Below are positions 5,047-14,932 of a DNA stretch of 27,049 nucleotides, piece after piece. The translations under genes and the position numbers were made by a program. How positions within the stretch are numbered: position 1 is the stretch's first letter; each line of letters starts with the position of its first letter. The notes under the pieces were generated by a model. The model was given only the letters and a program-made list of their open reading frames with translations. It made no database searches and had not been told where the DNA came from. This stretch comes from a virus. Lineage: Duplodnaviria > Caudoviricetes. The stretch lies in IMG/VR virus record IMGVR_UViG_3300011423_000027, positions 1 through 27,049 of that record, one strand, 5' to 3'.

Positions 5047-7620
5047 TTACACCTTCTCACGGTAAAAAATCTTGTACTTGGCTACTTCATCCGCGTCCGG
5101 GTTCGGGCTCCAGCCGACCGTAACCTTGCCGCTCCCAGGCCCGCCGATCGCCGTGGGGTTCGCCACGACCCCCGGAGCTGTGGTGTCCTCGGTCGTGTCG
5201 CTCGTCGTCTGTACGCGGATCTGCGACTTGTGGATAAGGTACTGCGCGCCGTTGAAGTCGATCCCGAGGAAGCTGGGGGTGTCGACGTAGTTGTATACGG
5301 GCGGTGTCTCCCCAATCAGGCACGGGAAGATTACGTTTAAGTACGTGTGCTCCTTCACATCCTGGAGGACGCGCACGTCAACGCGCCTGACGCCTATGTC
5401 CGCCTGCTCTCGCGGGTTGTAGAGGTCGGTCGGTTTCCAGTTTGAGGTGCCAGGGGTGTAGGAGAACTGGTCCTGGTAGTAGACGATAGATCCGCTGCCT
5501 TGGATGACGGTGTTCGTGCCGACCGTGGATATCGTGTAGAGTCCAGGCTGATATACATCAATCACGCACTTACCGATGTTCTTCTTACCGTTAGCTGAGA
5601 TCCTCCGGCCGCCGCTCGGGGCATTCGTGAAGTTCGGCACAGTGCCGAAGTGCCAGACCTGGCGCTTTATGTAGCGCGCGTCGCGCGTGTTGATACGCAC
5701 GAGCTGGAGGATGATCGGCCACTGCCAAATTTCATCAATGATGAGGTACTTGAACTCGCACCCGGTCCCGATCCCGTCCGTGGTTGTCTGGAATCGGTCG
5801 CCGCTGCCCTCCGCCGCGAATCCTCCGCCGCCTATAACAGTCAGGTTCGGCGCAAGGTCGTAATACTCCGCCCGCGAGAGGTATGCGCGCCGTGCGTCGC
5901 AGTGGGCGAAGAGGTACTTGCCCACCACTTGCTGCTGGATCTTGAAGCGCCCATTGCCGTTTACGTCCCCGGTTTTCAGCCAGGCCAGGCCACCGGCATC
6001 GAAGCGTACCTTGCCGATATCGCCGGGGTCGCGCACGATCGGATCGCCGCCGCCAGGGTCGTAAGCTTTGTAGCGCGGGCCACCGAGGCCATCGACGATC
6101 TTGATGTACGTGCCGTCAACCTTCGTGACGTGCGGCGAGTTGAACCCGGTGACAGGTCTATCCTCGACGAGAACCGAGCCGCTATGGCTTATCCCTTGCT
6201 GGTACCAGAGCTTGTGATGGATGCCTCCGAATTGCGCAGACGAGTCGCCGTTGTCGAGGCGGCCGGAGTTGATGAGGACGCCGTCGCCCTTGACGTAAAT
6301 CTGCATCGCTCCCTGCGCGTGCCCGGTGTGGCCCTCGAAGAACCTGATGTCGTGCTGGATGTGTAGCAGGCACTTCTCGTTCTCGACGAAGCTGTTCTGG
6401 TGGAATAGCTGGCCCGGCGGATCGAAGAGCCGGCTCAGCGGCGTGTTCTGGGACTGCGGCGTCTGGACAGGGTTCCCGGAATCGGCTGGATCCCACTGCA
6501 TGAAATCATAGACCCGCACCTGCGTCGAGATTGTCTGACCGGCTCCAGGCGGAGTAGCCGAGGTGGCTCTGGTCGTGAAGTTATAAAGCTCCTCCCAGAG
6601 CCAGCGCATCCGTCCGCGCCACGCGCCGCCGTACTTGATCAGCGTGTTGATTGCCCAGCGGTGATTCTCGTGGATCCACGGGGATGTGATCCGGTCCGAG
6701 TCGCCGATCTTGAGAAAGTTTCCGTCGCCGCGCATCTCGGCGCGGAGCCACCATTCGCCGTACTTCTGGATCCACGTCTCATCCGTCCACGGCTCGTACT
6801 CATCGCCGAGCTGCAGGAGGCTATTCGGCGTCTCGGAGTTCCGCACGAATCCAGAGCTCACGGCACGCAGGAACCAGAACGCATGCCAGGCCGCGATGGC
6901 CGAGTAGTGGATCCCCTTGAATTGCCCGCCGTCTCCGATGCAGTAGCGCTCCGTCTCGATCGCCGCGGGCGCTCCGGCGCTCGCGCCGTACCAGAAGTTG
7001 ATGACGGTCGCTATGCGGGAGCTCGCCGTCGAGGTGTAGTTGTAACCCGAGCCGCTCTCGCCGTGGAGCGCCAGCATGGCATGGAGGATCGCGCAGTAGT
7101 TCCCCCTGGTATGGCCGTCGATGTACTCGTTCGGGGAGTTCGTGCCGTTGTAGTCGGCCTGCGAGATCAGCTCGTCGCCGATGGTCTTCCGGTCGGCCTC
7201 GCTGAAGGTGATGACCCCGGTGCGAAGGAAATCATAGGCCCACGCCATGGCGAAGACCTGATCGCGCTTTACCGGCCACGAAGACCACCGCTGCGAGTTG
7301 TTTGCGAGCGATAGCGCGGCGCTCTTCAGCTTGTTGTGATAGCTCGAATCACCGAGCACCCAGCCGACCATGCCCAGCGTGAGGAACCTGTCATCGACGC
7401 TCGACTCCGGCCCGCCGCTCGAGCTCGTGGTCAAGTCTGTGTCCGTCTGCCCGAGGTACCCGTCCGCCGCAGCAACGACCTTGCTCCAGCAATCGTAGAA
7501 CCCTGTCCCGTCCCAGGAGCTACCGCTGGTGCTCCGCGTGACGAAGCCCGAGAGGTCCGCGGAGCGGATGCCCATCACCCTCGGTCGGCCTGTCGTGACG
7601 GTGTAGGTGAGGTTACCCAT
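5047..7620 (-). CDS. Heparinase II/III-like polysaccharide lyase (putative virion depolymerase) ending in the N-terminal half of an FN3 domain
   Basis: AMAWAYDFL helical-toroid motif; GHTGHAQGAMQIYVKGDGVLINSG and HHKLWYQQGISHSGSVLV resemble heparinase II-type HxHxDxGxFxIY..GxxLxxDSG and YxxxxxAHN motifs; C-terminal DTTAPGVVANPTA...VTVGWSPN...YKIFYR. Confidence 0.7.
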   Translation of the reverse strand: MGNLTYTVTTGRPRVMGIRSADLSGFVTRSTSGSSWDGTGFYDCWSKVVAAADGYLGQTDTDLTTSSSGGPESSVDDRFLTLGMVGWVLGDSSYHNKLKSAALSLANNSQRWSSWPVKRDQVFAMAWAYDFLRTGVITFSEADRKTIGDELISQADYNGTNSPNEYIDGHTRGNYCAILHAMLALHGESGSGYNYTSTASSRIATVINFWYGASAGAPAAIETERYCIGDGGQFKGIHYSAIAAWHAFWFLRAVSSGFVRNSETPNSLLQLGDEYEPWTDETWIQKYGEWWLRAEMRGDGNFLKIGDSDRITSPWIHENHRWAINTLIKYGGAWRGRMRWLWEELYNFTTRATSATPPGAGQTISTQVRVYDFMQWDPADSGNPVQTPQSQNTPLSRLFDPPGQLFHQNSFVENEKCLLHIQHDIRFFEGHTGHAQGAMQIYVKGDGVLINSGRLDNGDSSAQFGGIHHKLWYQQGISHSGSVLVEDRPVTGFNSPHVTKVDGTYIKIVDGLGGPRYKAYDPGGGDPIVRDPGDIGKVRFDAGGLAWLKTGDVNGNGRFKIQQQVVGKYLFAHCDARRAYLSRAEYYDLAPNLTVIGGGGFAAEGSGDRFQTTTDGIGTGCEFKYLIIDEIWQWPIILQLVRINTRDARYIKRQVWHFGTVPNFTNAPSGGRRISANGKKNIGKCVIDVYQPGLYTISTVGTNTVIQGSGSIVYYQDQFSYTPGTSNWKPTDLYNPREQADIGVRRVDVRVLQDVKEHTYLNVIFPCLIGETPPVYNYVDTPSFLGIDFNGAQYLIHKSQIRVQTTSDTTEDTTAPGVVANPTAIGGPGSGKVTVGWSPNPDADEVAKYKIFYREKV

Positions 7621-8381
7621 CAGAGCTCAGCCTCGAAGGCGAATGGAGAGGTTGTAACGCCGGGGATGGTCGGGGTGAAGGAATCAACGGCAAAGATCAC
7701 CACGCGGATAACAGAGCTCGAGACGATGGTGTAGTGGGAGCCGGCGCGCGGTTCCTGGTTCGTTGTTGAGATAACGAAGGGCGTAACTTGCACCCCCATC
7801 TCCCCGCGAAGGAAGGCTGGGTTGAAGGTGATCTCACGATATGACCCGGAGCTCGTGACCGTCCAGTCGTCGCTACCACGGTTCACGATGTTGGCCCCGG
7901 ATCCGATGACCCCCCAGCATCGTTTCCCCTGCGGGCGCTCGTCCGCCTGCGACGTTACTCCGCTCCCATCGGTGACGACGCGGGCAAGCCGAACGGCGTT
8001 CGCTGGCCGCACGCCAGTTGTGTTCGTCTCGAGCTGGATGGCGCTGACCTTGAGGAGCGAGTCCACGGGGTCGAGCAGATAGATCAGGCGGAGGAAAAGA
8101 TAGTTGGTGGTGCTTGGAGAGAAGGCGATCGAGTTCGAGAGGTCGCCTCGGATGTAATATCCGTCGATCACGGCCACACCCGCCGGGATCGTCTTCGTGA
8201 AGCCTGCGCCAGTCGGCACGGGTGCGAATCCACCGATGACGATGTTTTGCTGGCGCTGCGCGGATCGTTGCGCCTGCGAGATGTTGACCTCGCTCCCGAG
8301 GCGGCCCTGGCCGGCTATCCCGCCGTTCAAATCGCGCTCCGTCGGGAACACGAGGTGATTAGTGACGTTGGTTACAGCCAT
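7620..8381 (-). CDS. Tail fibre / receptor-binding or adaptor protein (253 aa)
   Basis: TIPAGVAVIDGYYI...LARVVTDGSGVTSQADERP baseplate-attachment-type N-terminus; position in tail cluster; TGATG coupling. Confidence 0.75.
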   Translation of the reverse strand: MAVTNVTNHLVFPTERDLNGGIAGQGRLGSEVNISQAQRSAQRQQNIVIGGFAPVPTGAGFTKTIPAGVAVIDGYYIRGDLSNSIAFSPSTTNYLFLRLIYLLDPVDSLLKVSAIQLETNTTGVRPANAVRLARVVTDGSGVTSQADERPQGKRCWGVIGSGANIVNRGSDDWTVTSSGSYREITFNPAFLRGEMGVQVTPFVISTTNQEPRAGSHYTIVSSSVIRVVIFAVDSFTPTIPGVTTSPFAFEAEL

Positions 8382-8391
8382 TGCGCTTTCC

Positions 8392-8874
8392 TTATGGGCT
8401 CGTCACGACGAATTCCCAGGTGTACGTAACGGTGATTGCGTTCGTCTTGATGATCGGGGTATAGATAGCCCTCGCGCAGAGCGTTCCGCTCGCGATGGGG
8501 CTTGTTCCCGAGAACACCGCATCCGCGAAGAGCCCCACCTCCTGGAGCGTGAAGCCGTTGGCGTCCGCGCTCGTCAAGAGCAGCTTGAAGGTTGCTTTGT
8601 CCTCGAAGTCCGATCGGAACTTGCGCGTGATGAAGTTCCTGTAGACCTCCGCCACCAGCCCGGCATCGACGTCCGCGGCAGGTGTTGAGCCAGTGCCGAC
8701 TCCGATAAATTGCGGAGAAGGGCCTATGTTGAGCCACAAGTCCCGCAGAACCTTTCGCCCGCCGCGCACGATCTTGTTGTGAACATGCTGGACGTCGAGC
8801 AGCTCCAGGTCCTCTGCGCTGTGGACCTCGATTGTCAGGTTCGGTGTGATGGTGAACTCGACCTGATCCTGCAT
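8392..8874 (-). CDS. Tail-collar/baseplate-type structural protein (160 aa)
   Basis: HNKIVRGG...IGVGTGSTPAADVDAGLVAEVYR...ANGFTLQEVGLF...IIKT..ITVTYTWEF pattern typical of phage tail-fibre anchoring proteins; ATG 8874 in a TGATG overlap. Confidence 0.8.
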   Translation of the reverse strand: MQDQVEFTITPNLTIEVHSAEDLELLDVQHVHNKIVRGGRKVLRDLWLNIGPSPQFIGVGTGSTPAADVDAGLVAEVYRNFITRKFRSDFEDKATFKLLLTSADANGFTLQEVGLFADAVFSGTSPIASGTLCARAIYTPIIKTNAITVTYTWEFVVTSP

Positions 8875-10529
8875 CAGCTCACCCCCACGCTCGGCGGCGT
8901 TCCAACGAATGGGCCATAGGCGATGAGCCCGCCGGTCAGGGTAATGTTTCGGAAGCCGCCGACCCAAGGGCCGCCCGCCCGTATGTAGCCGAAATCAGTC
9001 GCGGAGCTCCCGAGCGGCTGATCGAGCGTGAGCGTGTCCGTCATGGCGAGCCCGTCGAAGAACTGACGGAGGAGGATCAACTGCTCGTTCTCCCGGATCG
9101 ACAGGGCGCGCCCCTTGTCGGCCTCCCGCTTGTAGAAATCGACCCAGCCGCCGATGAACTCCCCCGACGACATGTTCACCGTGTATCTGTACTGCTGGCC
9201 CTCCTCTAAGGTCTCGCCCACGTACCCGAGGTTCACGCCAGTGATGAGGAAGTCACCTACTATCCGGTGCTCTGGTAGATCAACCTTCTGGAGCATCCCG
9301 GCGAACACTCCAGGCTCGTCGGTCTCGTAACTGATGACGTCGTAGACCTTTGCAAAGCGCCTGAGCAGAGCCGCTACCTTCTCTTCGGCGAGGTCAGCTG
9401 AGTTGAGGTTGGTGTCGTCCTCGACGTTGACGTACACGCCGACGCCGCCCTCGACGCCCTTTCTCGCGGCGATCTGCTTCTCGTCGCGCCCTTGCTGGAG
9501 GATCGGGAATCGGCCCTTGTAGCTGATCTCGATCGTCTGCGCCGTAGTGAGCGGGGTGCCGCTCGAGTCCTGGTTAACGCCCTTCTCGCCGATCTGGTAG
9601 AACCAGAGCTTGTCCTTGTCCTTCTCGCGGATCCCGATGTTGGCGTCAGCAACCGGCACGCCGTCGATCGAAATGAACGGCTTCTCGGCGATCTCGAGGA
9701 CAGTATCAAACGACCTGGTCTCGCCGTCGCCCTTGGCCCGGTCGATCCTCAGCGTGCTCGTAATGTCGTAGCCGGCGCGCAGGTACTGAACGTTTCGGTA
9801 CTGCTCATTCCCGCGGCGGATCTTGACGTTGGTGAAGCTGCGGAACGTCTTCTCGTCGAGCGCGAACGGAGCGAAGTTGCTCGCGCGGTCGAAGAAGTGG
9901 AGCACCTTCAGGTAATCGATATTCCACTCGTACCCTGTCAGCTCTGCTATCTCGTCGAAGGCTTTCGATACCGGCACGTTCGGGAATATGAGCGTCCCGA
10001 GCACCGGCGTCAGCGGCACCGTCCCCTGTATGGTCACCCCGGCGTTGAATAGCGTCTCCCCGATGTCCCCCGAGTAGTCGGTTACGATCAGGTTCACGTT
10101 GACGAAGAGGCCCGCCCCAGCGGGAAGCTGCACGTTCAGGTTGTGGCGGTCGGCGAGGGCGTTGTAGTCGACGCACTCGAGGGAGATGAACTTGAGGCTC
10201 GTTTCGTCCGGGATCGTCTCCTCGATTTCGTCGATGATCCCTGCGAAGACGAGGACGCTATCGATGCGGATCTCGATCGGCATCCCCCAGTCGAGGAAGA
10301 CCGTATTGCCCCTGTCACGCAGGGAGAGGCTCGCCGTGTCGCGCGCGTTCAGCTCGCTCTCGATGGCGAGCGAGCCTTGCTCGAGGATCCCCGTGCGGTC
10401 GATCCCGGCTATGACGAGGTGGATCCCAAGGCCGGTATCTGGAGGCGGCTCCTCCGGCGGAGCGATGGTTGTATCGAGTCCGAGTAGGCCTGCGTACGGG
10501 TGCGCCCCATAGGTCCCGATTCCGATCAT
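8874..10529 (-). CDS. Tail tip / hub-like minor tail protein (551 aa)
   Basis: VFAGIIDEI, FDEIAELTGYEWNIDYLKVLHFF, YRNVQYLRAG motifs typical of siphovirus tail-tip proteins. Confidence 0.8.
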   Translation of the reverse strand: MIGIGTYGAHPYAGLLGLDTTIAPPEEPPPDTGLGIHLVIAGIDRTGILEQGSLAIESELNARDTASLSLRDRGNTVFLDWGMPIEIRIDSVLVFAGIIDEIEETIPDETSLKFISLECVDYNALADRHNLNVQLPAGAGLFVNVNLIVTDYSGDIGETLFNAGVTIQGTVPLTPVLGTLIFPNVPVSKAFDEIAELTGYEWNIDYLKVLHFFDRASNFAPFALDEKTFRSFTNVKIRRGNEQYRNVQYLRAGYDITSTLRIDRAKGDGETRSFDTVLEIAEKPFISIDGVPVADANIGIREKDKDKLWFYQIGEKGVNQDSSGTPLTTAQTIEISYKGRFPILQQGRDEKQIAARKGVEGGVGVYVNVEDDTNLNSADLAEEKVAALLRRFAKVYDVISYETDEPGVFAGMLQKVDLPEHRIVGDFLITGVNLGYVGETLEEGQQYRYTVNMSSGEFIGGWVDFYKREADKGRALSIRENEQLILLRQFFDGLAMTDTLTLDQPLGSSATDFGYIRAGGPWVGGFRNITLTGGLIAYGPFVGTPPSVGVS

Positions 10530-12226
10530 GGCAGCGCGTTGATGTGGGCCACGATACGGAGGTTAAAGCTCCCGGTCCCGCCCGCGATCGCGTAGAGCCT
10601 TAGCCCGACGTTCGTAGCGTCTACCACCGTGACGAATGGCCCACGAAAGGACATGGGAGTCGTGGGCTCGCCCTCCACGAAGTAGATCGAGACGTTACAC
10701 TGCTGCTTCGTCGGCGTCACGTCCAGGCCGTGTGCAACCGTCGCGCTGCCCTGCCAGGTGTTCGAGCCGGAGGTGTTATCGATATTGGCCGTCTCTACAA
10801 TCGCCTCGGTTATCCAACCGGTATTCTTACGCGCATGAGTTGTGGTAGACTGGTTGTCTACCTTCGTAGTGCCAGCGGCGATGTGGCAGTTCGCGATGGT
10901 CGTGTCCGCCGCGCCGCTATCGATCCGGATGCCCGTGGTGGCTCCCGAAGTGTAGCAGCCCATGATCTTCGTGCGGTCACCTGAGACGTAGAAGCCACTG
11001 TCCGCTGTGATGCCTGTGCAGCTTTTCAACACGCACTCGTCGCCCGTGACCTGGAATCCATAGTCGCAGCCCTCGACCTCGATGTTGGTCAGGTGGACAC
11101 GCAGTGCGTCGACCACCACGCCCTTCGAGATGTCGCTGGCGTCGGCCGTGCCCTTGATGAGGCAGTTCGAGACCTGGGCACCATTTGCCCCAAGGCCGTT
11201 GGTTACGTCGTCGTCCTGGAGGATGATGCCAACCGTCTGATCGTGAACGGTGCGAATCGAGACATCAGCGATGAGGATCGGCCCGTACACGTTGATGCCA
11301 TAGAGGACGCCGGTCGCCTCACTGAACCCAGGCTCGAAGAGCGAGCAACCAAGGATCTTGTTGCCGCGGTTCGTATTGTCCTTGTTGTAGATACGTATCA
11401 GGTCGCCGTGGCAATCACCGATCCTGCAGCCGCGGATGAGCGCGTTCGCGATCTCTCCGCCGGAGGCAGAATCCCCCAGCGCAATGCCATTCAGCCGGCA
11501 ATCAACGATCTCGACGTTGTCGATGAGGAGCCCGTCGACCTGGTCGATGCTGATTCCGTCCCCGTTCCCAGAGTTGTTCGACTCGTTCCCGTTAAGGGTG
11601 AGATCCCGGATGGTGATGCTCTCGAGGGCCCCTGTTCCCTTGAAGATCGCCGCCTGGCCCGCGCTGTTCTTGAGCTTGATGACCGTGGCGCCCGGGCCGC
11701 TCCCGCGGATCGTAAGGTCCGTCTTCGGCGCAAGGCCGCCATCCACGAGGTACGTCCCCGGGGGTATGAAGATCTCGTTGCCAGCGTCAATGGCGCTCTG
11801 AATCGCCGCGGTGTCATCGGTGGTCCCGTCGCCCTTCGCCCCGAACTCTGAGACGAAACGGATCAGGCCGATATCGACCGACTTCGCCTCTATATCTGTG
11901 ATCATCTTCGAAGTGAGGATCTGCGCCAGCCGGTAGACGGCGCCGGCCGAGTTCTTGGCGCTCGCCGTCAGGCCTCCGTCGGATGTCTCCTGCCCGCGTG
12001 TGATCGTGAGCTGGTCGACGTTCTTCGAGGTGACGCGCACGATCTCGCGGTTGGGGTCGAGCGCAGGATTCGCGTAGGTTGTAGCGTTCCACCAGACAGC
12101 ATTAAACGGAGGCGTGGGGAACAGATTCCCATGCCCAGAGCTCAAGTTGATCGTCACCGCGGCGGCGTCGTAGCCCTGGGCCACCACGGCAATCGCGAAG
12201 TTCTTCGTCTTGTCGAGGCTCGCCAT
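10526..12226 (-). CDS. Tail spike with pectate-lyase-like right-handed beta-helix
   Basis: N-terminal virion-attachment domain (EIVRVTS...LTITRGQE); VSEFGAKGDGTTDDTAAIQSAID...IFIPPGTY beta-helix cap followed by beta-helix repeats. Confidence 0.88.
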   Translation of the reverse strand: MASLDKTKNFAIAVVAQGYDAAAVTINLSSGHGNLFPTPPFNAVWWNATTYANPALDPNREIVRVTSKNVDQLTITRGQETSDGGLTASAKNSAGAVYRLAQILTSKMITDIEAKSVDIGLIRFVSEFGAKGDGTTDDTAAIQSAIDAGNEIFIPPGTYLVDGGLAPKTDLTIRGSGPGATVIKLKNSAGQAAIFKGTGALESITIRDLTLNGNESNNSGNGDGISIDQVDGLLIDNVEIVDCRLNGIALGDSASGGEIANALIRGCRIGDCHGDLIRIYNKDNTNRGNKILGCSLFEPGFSEATGVLYGINVYGPILIADVSIRTVHDQTVGIILQDDDVTNGLGANGAQVSNCLIKGTADASDISKGVVVDALRVHLTNIEVEGCDYGFQVTGDECVLKSCTGITADSGFYVSGDRTKIMGCYTSGATTGIRIDSGAADTTIANCHIAAGTTKVDNQSTTTHARKNTGWITEAIVETANIDNTSGSNTWQGSATVAHGLDVTPTKQQCNVSIYFVEGEPTTPMSFRGPFVTVVDATNVGLRLYAIAGGTGSFNLRIVAHINALP

Positions 12227-14932
12227 CTATCCTCCTGCGCGCGCGCGCCCGATCTTTCTGCGAATGATCGTAGGCCCGTGCGGCATCGTGGCCTTCGCGA
12301 TGACGCGACCATCCACCTCGAAGATCACCGTTCCGCTCCCACGCTGATCCATGTTCGTGAACGAGCCAAGGCGATCGAGAGGAAGAATCACCTCTGGCCC
12401 AGCCTCACCAACCACGGCAAGTGTTGGCGCGGTCACCAGGCCTCCCTTCGCGGCGAGGGGGATCGCCCCTACCGCGAGGCCCGCGGTGCCCGCAGCCGCG
12501 GCTGCACCCACAATGCCGGCGCCGGCGAGCCCTGCGACGGCCGGGATCGTCCCCAGGAGCGCCAGCGCAGCGATGGCGCCTGGGATGCCGCCCTCGCTCG
12601 CGAGCGCAGCCGCTGCGAAGGCCACGGTGGCACCGGCCGCCGCGGCTCCAGATGCAGCGTAGCCGGCCACCTGGGCGGAGGTCTTCCCGGCCGCAGCGCC
12701 CACGCTGGTAATGAGGTAGATAACCTCCTGGATCCCGAGCGCGACAAGGCTGGCTATTACCTGCGCCAGCACGCTTTTTAGGACGTTGATGACGGCGCTG
12801 CCAAGATCTTGCTGGAACACGATCGCTTGGGCCACCGCCTGCCCGATCCCTTCCGTAAGGGATTTGAAGGTGTCGCCGATAACCTGGGCGATCTCGGTCC
12901 CCGTTACCTGAAGGTTGAGCGCAAGCTCATTCCACGTCTTGGTGAAGCTCTTCGCGAATCCGCCGCCGGTGACCTCGAGCTCTTTGATCTGGTCTTCGAG
13001 CTTCTGAACCTCAGCACCGAGGCTCTGGATGGCCGGCGTAGCGAAGTCCTTCGCATCGGTGAACCCCTGGCCGATGCCGCGCTTGATCGCCTCCGAGAGC
13101 TCCGCCGACTTCGCCTCGAGCTGAGCCTGCGCTACCCCGATCTCGTCGCCGATGGCTTGGGCGAAGGCCCCACGCCCGATGATTTCATCCGGGAGCCTGA
13201 ACCCGCCTCTCTTCATCGCCTGCGGTTGCGGCGCCTCCGCGAGCTGCTCCTGCTCTTGACGCACCAGGGCGAGCGCCATGGCCAGGCCACGCAGCTCCTT
13301 CGAGTTCTCCGGGAGAACCTTTGCGGCTTCCTCGATCGCGGTCGTGTAGAGCTGAACCTCCTTCGCGAGGAAGCTCGCGCGGTCCCCGGTGACGCGCAGA
13401 ACCTTCGCGTTCTCCTCAGCGGCATCGGTGACGCGCTTCCAGATTTCCTCGCCGGTCGCAAGTTTCTTCTGCTTGCCGGCCAAGTCGTCCATCCGCTTGG
13501 CTGTGCGGCCAACCTCGTTGCCGAGCTCGCGAGCCTTGCCGGACGCCTCGCTCGAGGCGAAGGTGAACGAGCCGAGGCCAATCACTGCCGCAGCGACGGC
13601 CACGGTGAGGGCCACGAGTGGGTTAGCAGCAAGGAAGAGGACGGCCACGCGCAGAGCCGCCACGGTCTTCACGAGCTGGCCGAGCACGATAAGGAGCGGG
13701 CCAGCCGCCGCAGCGAACGCTGCCGTCGCGATGGCCGTCGTCTTTATGAAGCCCGGGAGGCTCGTGAAGCCAGCGATGAGACCCACGAGGAACTTCGAGA
13801 ACGTGACGCCGATCGCGAGCAGATCCTTGAAGGCCGGGATGAGCGCGTTCCCAAGATCAACGGCAACCAGGGAGAGCTCGTTCCCGAGCAGCTTGAGCTT
13901 CGAGCCCGTAGTGCCATAGGCAAGGCCGACGGTCTCCGTGAGCGTCTTATTGATCTCCCATTCCCGCCGGCCCTTCTCGAGCGTCCCGCGCAGCGAGTCC
14001 TGAGCGTTCCCGAGGTTGAGCACCACCATGCGGAGCCGAGCCGCATCGAGTCCCAGCTCCTGGAGTGTCCGGAACGTCTGCCCGCCTTCGTCCGTGATGC
14101 CCTTCAGCCCTTCGAGGAAGGAGGCCACGGCATCGGCCGCGTTTGTAGCGAACGCCTTACGGAACTGCTCCCCCGTCATGCCGGCAACGGCGGCAAAGTC
14201 CTCGAGCTTCCTCCCTCCAGCCTCCGAGGCACTCGCGATCTCGACAATGAGCGTGGAGATGGCGGTGCCGCCGGCTTCGGCCTCGATACCGGCAGAGGCA
14301 AGCGCGGCAGAGAACCCGAGGATCTCCGCTTGCGTCAGGCCTACGACGGTCCCCGCGCCTGCGATCCTTAGCGCGAAGTCTGTTATCTGCGCCTCGTTCG
14401 CCTTCGTCGTTTTCCCAAGCTTGAGCAGCGTCGAGGCCAGCCGATCGAGTTCCGTCTCCGGCAACCGCGTGATATTCGCGAGCTTCGCAAGCGCCGTCGC
14501 CGCTTCCTCGGCGGAGAGGTTCGTCGTCTTACCGAGCGCAATCGCAACCTCGGTAAACTTGAGGATGTTCTCGGTTTGAATGCCAAGCTGCCCTGCTGCG
14601 GAGGCCACAGCCGTGATCTCCGCCGTCGTCGCCGGTATCTCGCGCGTAAGCTGCTTGATCCCGCCGAGAAGATCCGAGATCTCCTTCTCGGTACCGTCGA
14701 CGTTCTTCCGGACGGACACAAATGCCGTCTCGAAGTCGATCGCCGCCTTGAGCGCGCCGGCCCCAATCGCCGCTATCGGGGCGGAGACGCCTATCGAGAG
14801 CGCGCCCCCCATCTGGGTGAGCTTGCTCCCGAGCTTCTGCAGCTTGGCGTCTACCTTGCCGGTGACCTGATCGAAGCTCTTCCCGAGGTCCGCCGCTATG
14901 CGGACGAATAGCTCGGCGAGCTTGAGCGCCAT
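12227..14932 (-). CDS. Tail tape measure protein (TP901-family core)
   Basis: 901 aa, Ala/Gly-rich; AAIDFETAFVSVRK, AAGQLGI, AEAGGTAIS motifs; follows the tail chaperone. Confidence 0.95.
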   Translation of the reverse strand: MALKLAELFVRIAADLGKSFDQVTGKVDAKLQKLGSKLTQMGGALSIGVSAPIAAIGAGALKAAIDFETAFVSVRKNVDGTEKEISDLLGGIKQLTREIPATTAEITAVASAAGQLGIQTENILKFTEVAIALGKTTNLSAEEAATALAKLANITRLPETELDRLASTLLKLGKTTKANEAQITDFALRIAGAGTVVGLTQAEILGFSAALASAGIEAEAGGTAISTLIVEIASASEAGGRKLEDFAAVAGMTGEQFRKAFATNAADAVASFLEGLKGITDEGGQTFRTLQELGLDAARLRMVVLNLGNAQDSLRGTLEKGRREWEINKTLTETVGLAYGTTGSKLKLLGNELSLVAVDLGNALIPAFKDLLAIGVTFSKFLVGLIAGFTSLPGFIKTTAIATAAFAAAAGPLLIVLGQLVKTVAALRVAVLFLAANPLVALTVAVAAAVIGLGSFTFASSEASGKARELGNEVGRTAKRMDDLAGKQKKLATGEEIWKRVTDAAEENAKVLRVTGDRASFLAKEVQLYTTAIEEAAKVLPENSKELRGLAMALALVRQEQEQLAEAPQPQAMKRGGFRLPDEIIGRGAFAQAIGDEIGVAQAQLEAKSAELSEAIKRGIGQGFTDAKDFATPAIQSLGAEVQKLEDQIKELEVTGGGFAKSFTKTWNELALNLQVTGTEIAQVIGDTFKSLTEGIGQAVAQAIVFQQDLGSAVINVLKSVLAQVIASLVALGIQEVIYLITSVGAAAGKTSAQVAGYAASGAAAAGATVAFAAAALASEGGIPGAIAALALLGTIPAVAGLAGAGIVGAAAAAGTAGLAVGAIPLAAKGGLVTAPTLAVVGEAGPEVILPLDRLGSFTNMDQRGSGTVIFEVDGRVIAKATMPHGPTIIRRKIGRARAGG

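Noticed and set aside
12809-14371. 520-aa plus-strand ORF opposite the tape measure gene
   Set aside because: Codon-aligned shadow ORF expected in GC-rich genes; no motifs or expression signals, unlike the ORF inside the intein
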